Source: Octopus sinensis (taxonomy: Eukaryota). From it: a stretch of DNA of 64,000 nucleotides. The stretch covers positions 22,196,001-22,260,000 of the forward strand of contig NC_043007.1 in assembly GCF_006345805.1 (NCBI RefSeq), in the 5' to 3' direction. Positions 38,208 to 50,300 of the stretch are shown here, one piece after another. A model generated the notes under the pieces. It saw nothing but the letters and a program-made list of their open reading frames with translations. It was not told the DNA's origin and made no database searches. Made by a program: the position numbers and the translations under genes. Numbering within the stretch: position 1 is the first letter of the stretch; every line of letters starts with the position of its first letter.

Positions 38208-38293
38208 TTGGTACAATCGTTTCGTACTACATCATTTTATTAAATGTTGTAAGTATTACAACAGTTTTAAAATGCTGAACACTCATCAGCCAA
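38208..38293 (-). ncRNA. Type I hammerhead ribozyme motif with a long paired stem II
   Basis: UUGG CUGAUGA GUG...UAC GAAA CGAUUG UA^ CCAA; stem II includes CAUUUUA/UAAAAUG and UGUUGUAA/UUACAACA. Confidence 0.82.
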
Positions 38294-38519
38294 TACAAAA
38301 GTTTTCAAATCAAGTGGCAACATTATAGAGAAGGTAGCTATACAGACAAAGATGTAGATTTAAATTTTAAGAACATATGAGGTAGTGAAGTCCTTCCACT
38401 GACTGACCAAGATATGGCTGTTCCTAACTGCTATAAGGTTAGAAGTAATAAAGATTTTTTAATTGTAGAAATGGGGTAAATATATATATACGCCACACTT
38501 GGTTGGCAATTATATGTTA

Positions 38520-38570
<51 letters not shown>

Positions 38571-38780
38571 TAGCAACAATCACTACTGTTGCTACCATTG
38601 GAACACAAGGTAACAAAAAAGCGGTTCCTTTTGATACCAGCAAGAAACAATAATGAATTTCTTCATTACACTCAACTGTAATATAACAATTATACCAACT
38701 ACCGATAAAACACCACCACATGGATTCTATTGAGAACAGTAAGAAACGATTATGAACTTTTCTATTGCACTTTTTATAAT

Positions 38781-38825
38781 ATTTTTGATAAGGTTCGTTT
38801 TTTTAAGAACCGAAACATGTAAAAT
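38781..38825 (+). ncRNA. Decayed minimal hammerhead motif (core CUGAUGA mutated to UUGAUAA)
   Basis: AUUU UUGAUAA GGUUC-loop-GAACC GAAA CAUG UA AAAU. Confidence 0.55.
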
Positions 38826-39143
38826 TCATAAGAAAATTAAAATTATCTAATATAGTGGCGTTTTCAAACTTCTTTTTTTACAAATATATATATATATATA
38901 TATATAATATATATATATATAATTAATTCTAGTATTATAATTGTGCAGACTAGCTAGGAAAAGAGTATACCGTTGTAACAATGGTTAATTAATGTAGGTC
39001 ACTCATTATTTATTTCAACTTTTCATGGCATAGAAAAGAGTCAAGTGGAAGACACATTCGTGCTTGACAATAGGCTGTATGGCTAAGGAGGATTTCTAGA
39101 TTCGATTCGAATCTCAAGTAAGGCCAAGTGGGGTATGTATATG

Positions 39144-39292
<149 letters not shown>

Positions 39293-39849
39293 ATAGTACA
39301 ACGTGAGATAGGGCTTATGAGTGGGATATCAGTTATCCAATATACTGCCAGTGAAGTACCCAAAAGGCTAATACATAAATGCTTACATTGCAATGCAATT
39401 ATTTCATTTATTGTATTATATGTGCGAAGGTAAGATGTGTTACCGCAAAATCATAATATATATATTTATAAATAAGGATAATATCGATATTTAAATATCG
39501 ATATTATCAAGTGGCCAGCATGGGAAAAATACCATACAAAGGTAATAATTTTTTTTACAACTAATGTATATATAGCGGTTGTATACTGTCAACTTAACGT
39601 GACAGTCCCGTAAAGGGAATCACACGACCACTATTTAGCCCTAGGAAGCATCGACGCTTCCTGTCGGCTTTGACACATTTCCTGTGTCCTTATATTTACG
39701 AAGGGGAGACAGTTAAGCACCAGTCAAATACTGGTTCGATGTAATCGGCATGTCTCCTAAAAGACTGTTGGCATTGAACCCTACAATGGACTGGCGTCTC
39801 GTTCGGTGAGGGGAGGTGCCCAGGTCACTTATACTCCATTGAAACTGGC

Positions 39850-40272
39850 GGATTTTTCGGTTTGACCGGCAGTTTTTTCTAGCGGTGTCATATGAAATTT
39901 TCACCCATAATTATGACCCTAGTGTCGATCTATTGCATTTCAATCTGTTTTCGGGTTAGGGTTAGGGTTAGGGGTGGGAGGAAGGGTATCTTTTTTTCTT
40001 CAGAAATGTAAATAAACCCAATCTGTTTCTTAAACGAGGGACATATTCATACGGCACAGAATGTTTTCACCTCAATAGACATCATTGATTGGTTGAAATA
40101 GCAGAAATTGAAGAAAAAAAAACAACAACATCTTACAAACTATAGAATTTTCTCAATAAAGCCTAGAGAAAAAGATGTTTTATAAACACATTCTACCAGT
40201 ATACGAAGTTTAAAATTATTTAGTTACGGGGAAATTATTAAAAAAAAACTGCCGGTCAAACCGAAAAGATCC
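39850..40272 (-). mobile_element. Merlin-like MITE
   Basis: Inverted copy of the 8272-8682 family. Confidence 0.8.
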
Positions 40273-40483
40273 AACTTTTCTGAAAATTCAAAAAATTAAA
40301 AAGCCAAGTGGGGTTATATGGAGTGCCTAAACAAAAAATCCGTGCAGTCGCACACACTTCCTTAGAACTGACACAAAGCTCTATTGTAATTACGGTTAAC
40401 TGCTAGTTTTTACCAACTGTTTATGATGTGAGCGCTCTTTACCGTATGTTGGCGAGGATGTTACGGACTACCTACAATTAGGG

Positions 40484-40868
40484 GGAAGCACTCCGTCGGT
40501 TACGACGACGAGGGTTCCGGTTGATCCGATCAACGGAACAGCCTGCTCGTGAAATTAACGTACAAGTGGCTGAGCACTCCACAGACACGTGTACCCTTAA
40601 CGTAGTTCTCGGGGATATTCAGCGTGACACAGAGAGTGACAAGGCCGGTCCCTTGAAATGCAGGTACAACAGAAACAGGAAGTAAGAGTGAGAGAAAGTT
40701 GTGGTGAAAGAGTACAGCAGGGATCACCACCATCCCCTGCCGGAGCCTCGTGAAGCTTTTAGGTGTTTTCGCTCATTAAACACTCACAACGCCCGGTCTG
40801 GGAATCGAAACCGCGATCCTACAACTGCGAGTCCGCTGCCCTAACCACTGGGCCATTGCACCTCCACT
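40484..40868 (-). mobile_element. tRNA-SINE family D, full length
   Basis: Near-identical to 28493-28873. Confidence 0.88.
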
Positions 40869-41639
40869 ACCGACAATAATTACTCCTTCGATCTAACCAC
40901 AAAGTCATATTCGAGTTACTTCCCCTAGTAATGATTTTTTTTTATAGTTATCTCCCTTGAACCAATTTTCTTATGAGTCTGCAACGACGCAACGAAAATT
41001 TTAGGAAAATAAAAATAAGAAAAAAGTGGAAATTTTACCGGTGTGTGTGTTACGTTATGAGGCACAAAAAGAAAATGACTCTCCCCAGACACAACAGAGT
41101 AATTTTTGCGGGGCCGTACTTTTCACATAACCTCCAGTGGACGGACTTAGCCATGTTATTGTGCCTCCTTTTGTAGTGCTTTTGGGCCAGCTTGCTACAC
41201 ACACTCACAGTAGAGGCGCAATGGCCCAGTGGTTAAGGCAGCGAACTCGAGGTCGGAGGATCGTGGTTTTGATTCCCAGACCGGGCGTTGTGTGTGTTTA
41301 TTGAACGAAAACACCAGAAGGTCCACGAGGTTCCGGCAGGGGGTGGTGGCGACACTTGTTGTACTCTTTCTCCCCAAACACAACACGAACTCATATAAAG
41401 AATTTTGCTAAACAAATCCAAAAGCGAAATATTTTTATATTGTTATCGAGCTTTAAAAATAAGGTATTCAAAAGATATTTTAATTTTACTACAGGTCAGC
41501 AGCTAGCTTTCTTATTGATTTTGTCGTAAATGAAATTCTAAAATGATTTTGAAAGATTTGAAATCTAATACAGTTATTAACAATCTTTGGTACTGCTAAA
41601 AATGCACTTCACTGCAGTTAGTGCTTTTACATCACATTA

Positions 41640-42030
41640 CTCTTTTACTCTCTTACTGGTTTCAGTCATTTTGACTGTGGCCCTGCTGGAGCACCGCCTT
41701 TAGTCGAGCAAATCGACCCCAGGGCTTATTCTTTGTAAGCCTAGTACTTATTCTATCGGTCTCGTTTGCCGAACCACTAAGATACGGGGACGTAAACACA
41801 CCAGCATCAGTTGTCAAGTGATGTTGAGGGGACAAACACAGACACACAAACATACGCATATATATATACATATATACGACGGGCTTCTTTCAGTTTCCGT
41901 CTACCAAATCCACTCACAAGGCTTTGGTAGACCCGAGGCTATAGTAAAAGACACTTGCCCAAGGTGATGTGCAGTAGGACTGAACCCGGAACCATGTGGC
42001 TCGTTAGCAAGCTACTTACCACACAGCCTT
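41640..42030 (-). mobile_element. SINE family A
   Basis: Reverse complement of 35361-35775. Confidence 0.88.
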
Positions 42031-42154
42031 TAGTACACATAGTACACAATATGATAACACAAGTGTGACTAAAACAAATTAAATGTTTTACAGTATTCAA
42101 CCAGAGATATATTGGCACAAGGCCAGCAATTTGGGGAGAGGATTTGAGGGGAAG

Positions 42155-42765
42155 GGATTAAGTCGATTACATCGACCCCAGTGCGTAACTGGTACTTAAT
42201 TTATCGACCCCGGTATTTCGTCTGCCGCTACGTTCTGAGTTCAAATTCCGCCGAGGTCGACTTCGCCTCTCATCCTTTCGGGGTCGATTAAATAAGTACC
42301 AGTTACGCACTGGGGTCGATATAATCGACTTAATCCGTTTGTCTGTCCTTGTTTGTCCCCTCTGTGTTTAGCCCCTTGTGGGTAGTAAAGAAATAGGTAT
42401 TTCATTTGCCGTTACGTTCTGAGTTCAAATTCCGCCGAGGTCGACTTTGCCTTTCATCCTTTCGGGGTCGATTAAATAAGTACCAGTTACGTACTGGGGT
42501 CGATATAATCGACTTAATCCGTTTGTCTGTCCTTGTTTGTCTTCTCTGTATTTCGTAACTGGTACTTAATTTATCGACCCCGTAACTACCTGTAACGTTT
42601 GTCTGTCCTTGTTTGTCTTCTCTGTATTTCGTAACTGGTACTTAATTTATCGACCCCGGTATTTCGTCTGCAATTACGTTCTGAGTTCAAATTCCACCGA
42701 GGTCGACTTTGCCTTTCATCCTTTCGGATGTTTAGCCCCTTGTGGGTAGTAAAGAAATAGGTATT
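42155..42765. repeat. Rearranged SINE family B cluster with mixed orientations
   Basis: Tandem units interleaved with inverted CGTAACTGGTACTTAATTTATCGACCCC pieces. Confidence 0.8.
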
Positions 42766-42949
42766 GTTTTCCTTTGATTCCTCTGAGCTATGTATGACCC
42801 ATGTAGTGATTTCATTTTCCAATTGTTTATTATTTATTCTTCATCTTGTTTCTTAAACGTTTGTGGTTGCATTACATTTTCAGTAGGTATTGTATTGTTA
42901 ATTTTAAACAACAGTAAGCAAGGATTCATTCGGCTATTTGATATACCAT

Positions 42950-44530
42950 CCAAGACTGTTCTCGGTTATTAATTTGGGTTGTCTCAGGATTGGTCTTATT
43001 CCTGGGAAGAATTATGTGGGTAGCGTGTTACTACCTGTAACCTTTGGTATCTACAAGTTTTCAGCAGTCTTTCAAGTGCCTAGAACCCTCCTGATAATCC
43101 TTGCTGTCCCTAAAAGGCAAACTTTCTGTAGGAGCTCTACCAGGCATTGTATTTCAATCTCCGCCAGCCATTTGTCTTTAACTTGATTAATTGTTCCCAG
43201 CGCACCAATTGTTACAGGCTCGACCTTTACTGTTCGCACGCTCCAAATTCTTCATTATTTCAAATTTTAGGGGATTGTATTTAGGGGATTATTTCTTTAC
43301 GATCCTGAAATCAAATGGGCACGATGTGTCGATAAGTAAGCAACTTCGCTTTTCCTAATCTACGATTATAATATCTGGTCTATTGTTTTTAACTTCTTGT
43401 CTGTTTGAATTGGAAAGTCCCACAAAATCTTACATTTCTCCGACTCTAATAATCTCCCGTCTTGATGATTGTACCATGTGTTTCCAGCCTCAAATCCCAA
43501 TCTTTGGAACAGTTTCCAGTATAAAGCTTTTACAATCTGGTCGTGTCTCCATTTCTTATGTTCTTCCTGCGCCAACTTGGGGCATTCTATCACAATGTGT
43601 GCCACTGTCCCATTCCACGTTCAACAGGCTCTACATGTTTCAAACACATTCTCTCCATATTCATTTTTTCACCAGTTGTTTGTCTTTATCGCTTGATCTT
43701 CGGCTGCATCAATTAGGCTCCCTGTTTCGTTTTTTAATTCCGCCCCCCTTTTTTTTTTAACTAAGCCAGGATTTTGTTCCACACATATCTTCAGTGGATC
43801 TCCAAAATTGGCCATGCAGAAGTTTCTCTTCGATCTATCTGAGGTGCTCTCTTTGTATTTCATTATTGTCCTTGTCTCCTTCATCACATGTCCTTTTTTA
43901 ACTACCTTTAGTAGTTTTTCTGTGCTGCTCTGTAAATACTCTACTAGAAAAATCCTAGTAGAGTATTTGCATCTGTACACATTCTTCTCGCCGAAACAGA
44001 TCTTCTACTAAGACGGCAAGCGTACAAAGGAGGCCAGAAGAAACGCTACAAGGACTCCCTGAAAACGAACCTCAAAAAGTGTGACATCGACTTCACTAAC
44101 TGGGAGGAAACAGCAAAAAAACAGACCACTCTGGAAAACCACCATCCATGAGGGAACGGCGACTTCCCTCTGCAGAGCTGGAGGAGAAAAGACGACGACG
44201 GAAGGAGCGCCAACAACAACCACGCGCGACTCTCCCTTCCGGCACTAGATGTCCGCACTGCGACCGATCTTTTCAAGCAAGAATTGGTCTTATCGGTCAC
44301 CTACGGACTCACCAGTAAATTTGCGCGAAGACCATCATCCTCGACCTTGAGGGATTGCCAAAAAAAAAAAACACATTCTTCTACGGCTTTTAAGCCTCTT
44401 CCACCCATGTTTCTCCTCAAGTACAGCCAGTTGATATCAACTTTCGGATGGTGGACTCCATACATCGTCAACAACTTCCTAGTTTTTCTGTCAAGTTTTA
44501 TTTCATTTCTGGTCCACTCTATTATCATTA
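42950..44530 (-). mobile_element. R4/Dong-clade LINE 3' relic, interrupted by an RTE insertion
   Basis: LDRKTRKLLTMYGVHHPK, AAEDQAIKTN, HIVIECPKLAQ..WRHD and KILWDFPIQTD motifs. Confidence 0.85.
43989..44370 (+). mobile_element. RTE 3' end with C2H2 finger and poly(A)
   Basis: GQKKRYKDSLK...CPHCDRSFQARIGLIGHLRTH*; 12-bp TSD ACACATTCTTCT (43977-43988, 44371-44382). Confidence 0.88.
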
Positions 44531-44534
44531 TTGT

Positions 44535-45087
44535 ATGAGAAAGCAGCGCGTACCACCAAAGTGACACTGGAGTAAAATATATGAAACCCCGTATACCCAT
44601 CATGACCACCTGTCTGATAAGGATACGCCAGGCACATGCACCACAACCATATGTGCGCGACATGGTGATCTCATATTAAGATAAACAGCACATGACCTTG
44701 CAAGTGGGGCCCAGTTAGAATTTTTTGCAGGCCGAGTAGCCTTCCCACTCAAACGGTCCTTGAATAAGGGTTGTTTAAGGATGTTGAACAAGACACACAT
44801 CTCCAGAAGTAAATTATTCAAACCCCAAAGAGTACCTTCCAATATATGGCTGTGATGCTTCCCCTCTACTTCTGCTCGTCATCAGAGATGCACATATCGT
44901 CTGCCACTAAGGGACATGCTCAACTGGTTAAGATAAAACAACAGACAGGCAAATCTGAGGTATTGAGCAGAATATTTGCTGTAGCCCATCTTTTACACCA
45001 AGACAAAACAATGTACATGATAACACTTCCAATCAGTTAAGAGCAGAAGCTACGAGAGCCAGTGCCTGGTATTGCACCAGGGCATCT
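44535..45087. mobile_element. Interspersed repeat family F, longest copy
   Basis: Shared with 29695-30040 and 57130-57470; flanked by (ATT)n-like sequence. Confidence 0.8.
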
Positions 45088-45127
45088 AATATTGTTATTA
45101 TTATTATTATTATTTTTATTATTATTA

Positions 45128-45176
<49 letters not shown>

Positions 45177-45384
45177 GCCGAGGTCGACTTTACCTTTCAT
45201 CCTTTCGGAGTCGATAAAATAAGTACCAGTTACGCACTGGGGTCGATGTAATCGACTCATCTCCACCTCCCCAAGCTGCACTTGTGACAAAAATTTGAAG
45301 TAATAATAATAATAATAATAATAATAATATAATAATAATACATGCCCTGATATATGTGTGTGTGTGTGTGGGCGTGCGCGTGTG

Positions 45385-45628
45385 CAGGCGCGTGGCTTAG
45401 TGGTTAGGGTGTCAGCATCATGATCGTAAGATTGTGGTTTCGATTCCTGGACCGGGCGACACGTTGTGTTCTTGAGCAAAACACTTCATTTCACGTTGCT
45501 CCAGTCCACTCAGCTGGCAAAAATGAGTAACGCTGTGATGGACTGGCGTCCCGTCCAGCTGGGGAACACGCCATAGAAACCGGGAAACCAGGCCCATGAG
45601 CCTGGCTAGGCTTTAATAGGGCGCATTA
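45385..45628 (+). mobile_element. tRNA-SINE with family C head/CORE-like body and V-domain-like tail
   Basis: Head matches 62092; tail GATGGACTGGCGTCCCGTCCAG...GAAACCGGGAAACC matches family E. Confidence 0.8.
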
Positions 45629-45637
45629 AATAAATCA

Positions 45638-45658
45638 ATATATATATATAATATATAT

Positions 45659-45724
<66 letters not shown>

Positions 45725-45810
45725 GTATGTATGTATGTATGTATGTACAGTATATATGTATGTACGTATGTACAGTATGTACAGTATGTATGTATGTATG
45801 TATGTAAGTA

Positions 45811-45861
<51 letters not shown>

Positions 45862-45864
45862 GTA

Positions 45865-45897
<33 letters not shown>

Positions 45898-45948
45898 ATG
45901 TAAGTATGTGTGTGTGTGTATGTATGTATGTATGTATGCATGTATGTA

Positions 45949-45979
<31 letters not shown>

Positions 45980-46142
45980 ATGCATGTATGTATGTATGTA
46001 CAGTATGTATGTATGTATGTATGTACAGTATGTATGTATGTATGTATGTATGTATGTATGTATGTATGTATGTACAGTATGTATGTATGTATGTATGTAT
46101 GTATGTATGTATGTATGTGTGTGTGTGTGTGTGTGCGTGTGT
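45638..46142. repeat. (TA)n/(TATG)n compound microsatellite
   Basis: Seen directly; it explains the spurious YVCM/HTYI ORFs. Confidence 0.95.
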
Positions 46143-46223
46143 AAATATATATCGTTGCGAGAGGCATTTGTGGACTCATCTGGTAATTTGATAAAATGAA
46201 CTCTAATCTAGGAAAACCAAACG

Positions 46224-46660
46224 TATTTGGTTGGTAATTAATTTGGTTTTTCGCAAATAGATAGAGTTATAATTTTTTTTTTTAAATTACTTTTGTCAAT
46301 GTTATGGATGTTTCCTTTTAACATTTGATAGCCGTTACTTTAGAAGCAAATTGCACATAATTTTGTTTACAGCTGTTAGTTCAGTGTCAATTTTGACGTG
46401 GAGTGCAAAAACGAACATTTTCGCCATATTTTGTTTTTATATTTCCGTAAAGGCAAGAAAGGTGCTGAGTCTTACAAAGAGACATGTGAAGTTTATGGTG
46501 TTGATTGCTTAATTGAACACACCGTCAGAAACGGTTTTAAAAATTCCGTTCTGGAGTTTTTTCACTCAAAGATGATCAACGTTCTGGTCGACCTACTGAA
46601 GTTGATGATGACAGAATCAAAGCCATAATTGAATCTGAGTGTCGTATAACTGTGCGAGGC
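46224..46660 (+). mobile_element. Mariner 5' fragment
   Basis: ECKNEHFRHILFLYFRKGK...CEVYG and RSGRPTEVDDDRIKAIIE HTH-region motifs. Confidence 0.85.
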
Positions 46661-47319
46661 TTCGAGACTTCAATGATGTGATTGGTTAACTTTAGAATGG
46701 CATTGCAGTGCAAGTGTGAGAGGCCGGATCTGGCCATAGTTTTGCGCACATGCGTATATCGATGCGAGTGTGCGCATCTGTACATGGGCGCGGACGCGCA
46801 CGTCTGCGCACATACACACGCTTGGACGAACACGTACACACATACACATGCATACGCACACATGCACACACATATACGCATACACGCACATGCGTATTCA
46901 TTCATATGTACACACGTACATTTGCATGCATGTACGCATGCATACCAGCGTGCGAGCATACGCGTGCGCATGTGCATCCGCACGCACGCGTGCGCGAGTA
47001 TATACGCATAAAAACAGACGCTGGTGATTGGTAAGCATTGGGAATTGGTAAATGGCGGTCCTACTCACGAGGATGGTTGGTAGCGGTGACCAACATCAAA
47101 CCACGACACCGCGTGACCTTCCTCGACCAATCGCAGCCCACCTTACGGTAATAACAATCAACTTCTGTCATTCAAATTCAGAATGGCAGACAACTAGCAT
47201 CACGCTTGAAACTCAAGAGAACCAATGAATTCGAATCAAACTGTTTTGATCCCTACATGTAACTCCCAATAAATACCTTTAATTCCCCATCTTTCGTTTG
47301 TCCACTGTGTGGCCCTCCT

Positions 47320-50300
47320 TGATTTTATTTCCGTATAACTTCCAGAAAAATGGATATTTTTCAATGAAATTTTCTACAAATACGCTTCAAAAATAATTCC
47401 TTGGTTGGGGAGAGGCGTTTCGGAGAATTCATACGAGTCGGCTTCACTTCCTTATAACTTCCAGAAAAATGGATATTTTTCAATGAAATTTTCTACAAAT
47501 ACGCTTCAAAAATAATTCCTTAGGTGGGGAGAGGCGTTTCGGAGAATTCATACGTGTCGGCTTTATTTCCTTATAACTTCCAGAAAAATGGATATTTTTC
47601 AATGAAATTTTCTACAAATACGCTTCAAAAATAATTCCTTGGTTGGGGAGAGGGGTTTCGGAGAATTCATAAGAGTCGGTTTCACTTCCTTATAACTTCC
47701 AGAAAAATGGATATTTTTCAATGAAATTTTCTACAAATACGCTTAAAAAATAATTCCTTAGGTGGGAGAGGCGTTTCGGAGAATTCATACGTGTCGGCTT
47801 TATTTCCTTATAACTTCCAGAAAAATGGATATTTTTCAATTAAATTTTCTACAAATACGCTTCAAAAATAATTCCTTGGTTGGGGATAGGCGTTTCGGAG
47901 AATTCATACGAGTCGACTTTATTTCCTTATAACTTCCAGAAAAATTGATATTTTTCAATGAAATTTTCTACAAATACGCTTCAAAAATAATTCCTTAGGT
48001 GGGGAGAGGCGTTTCGGAGAATTCATACGAGTCGGCTTCACTTCCTTATAACTTCCAGAAAAATGGATATTTTTCAATGAAATTTTCTACAAATACGCTT
48101 CAAAAATAATTCCTTGGTTGGGGAGAAGGGTTTCGGAGAATTCATACGAGTCGGCTTCACTTCCTTATAACTTCCAGAAAAATGGATATTTTTCAATGAA
48201 ATTTTCTACAAATACGCTTAAAAAATAATTCCTTAGGTGGGGAGAGGCGTTTCGGAGAATTCATACGAGTCGGCTTCACTTCCTTATAACTTCCAGAAAA
48301 ATGGATATTTTTCAATGAAATTTTCTACAAATACGCTTCAAAAATAATACCTTGGGTGGAGAGAGGCGTTTTGGAGAATTCATAAGAGTCGGCTTTATTT
48401 CCTCATAACTTCCAGAAAAATGGATATTTTTCAATGAAATTTTCTACAAATACGCTTAAAAAATAATTCCTTGGTTGGGGAGAGGGATTTCGGAGAATTC
48501 AAACGAGTCGGCTTTAGTTCCTTATAACTTCCAGAAAAATGGATATTTTTCAATGAAATTTTCTACAAATACGCTTCAAAAATAGTTCCTTGGTTGGGGA
48601 GAGGCGTTTCGGAGAATTCATACGAGTCGGCTTCACTTCCTTATAACTTCCAGAAAAATGGATATTTTTCAATGAAATTTTCTACAAATACGCTTCAAAA
48701 ATAATTCCTTGGTTGGGGAGAAGGGTTTCGGAGAATTCATACGAGTCGGCTTCACTTCCTTATAACTTCCAGAAAAATGGATATTTTTCAATGAAATTTT
48801 CTACAAATACGCTTCAAAAATAATTCCTTGGTTGGGGAGAAGGGTTTCGGAGAATTCATACGAGTCGGCTTCACTTCCTTATAACTTCCAGAAAAATGGA
48901 TATTTTTCAATGAAATTTTCTACAAATACGCTTAAAAAATAATTCCTTAGGTGGGGAGAGGCGTTTCGGAGAATTCATACGAGTCGGCTTCACTTCCTTA
49001 TAACTTCCAGAAAAATGGATATTTTTCAATGAATTTTCTACAAATACGCTTCAAAAATAATACCTTGGGTGGAGAGAGGCGTTTTGGAGAATTCATAAGA
49101 GTCGGCTTTATTTCCTCATAACTTCCAGAAAAATGGATATTTTTCAATGAAATTTTCTACAAATACGCTTAAAAAATAATTCCTTGGTTGGGGAGAGGGA
49201 TTTCGGAGAATTCAAACGAGTCGGCTTTAGTTCCTTATAACTTCCAGAAAAATGGATATTTTTCAATGAAATTTTCTACAAATACGCTTCAAAAATAGTT
49301 CCTTGGTTGGGGAGAGGCGTTTCGGAGAATTCATACGAGTCGGCTTCACTTCCTTATAACTTCCAGAAAAATGGATATTTTTCAATGAAATTTTCTACAA
49401 ATACGCTTCAAAAATAATTCCTTGGTTGGGGAGAAGGGTTTCGGAGAATTCATACGAGTCGGCTTCACTTCCTTATAACTTCCAGAAAAATGGATATTTT
49501 TCAATGAAATTTTCTACAAATACGCTTCAAAAATAGTTTCTTCGTTGGGGAGAGGCGTTTCGGAGAATTCATACGAGTCGGCTTTATTTCCTTATAACTT
49601 CCAGAAAAATGGATATTTTTCAATGAAATTTTCTACAAATACGCTTAAAAAATAATTCCTTAGGTGGGGAGAGGCGTTTCGGAGAATTCATACGTGTCGG
49701 CTTTATTTCCTTATAACTTCCAGAAAAATGGATATTTTTCAATGAAATTTTCTACAAATACGCTTCAAAAATAATTCCTTGGTTGGGGAGAGGCGTTTCG
49801 GAGAATTCATACGAGTCGGCTTTATTTCCTTATAACTTCCAGAAAAATGGATATTTTTCAATGAAATTTTCTACAAATACGCTTCAAAAATAATTCCTTG
49901 GTTGGGGAGAGGCGTTTCGGAGAATTCATACGAGTCGGCTTCACTTCCTTATAACTTCCAGAAAAATGGATATTTTTCAATGAAATTTTCTACAAATACG
50001 CTTCAAAAATAATTCCTTGGTTGGGGAGAGGCGTTTCGGAGAATTCATACGAGTCGGCTTCACTTCCTTATAACTTCCAGAAAAATGGATATTTTTCAAT
50101 GAAATTTTCTACAAATACGCTTCAAAAATAGTTTCTTGGTTGGGGAGAGGCGTTTCGGAGAATTCATACGAGTCGGCTTTATTTCCTTATAACTTCCAGA
50201 AAAATTGATATTTTTCAATGAAATTTTCTACAAATACGCTTCAAAAATAATTCCTTAGGTGGGGAGAGGCGTTCGGAGAATTCATACGAGTCGGCTTTAT

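Noticed and set aside
39953-39973. Interstitial telomere (GGGTTA)n, also near 8567-8580
   Set aside because: Only 2-4 units, and they are a fixed internal part of the MITE family.
45030-45087. U2 snRNA-like words (CCTGGTATTGCA) at the end of repeat family F
   Set aside because: Only a ~12-nt match; the U2 5' end, branch-pairing region and Sm site are not recognisable.
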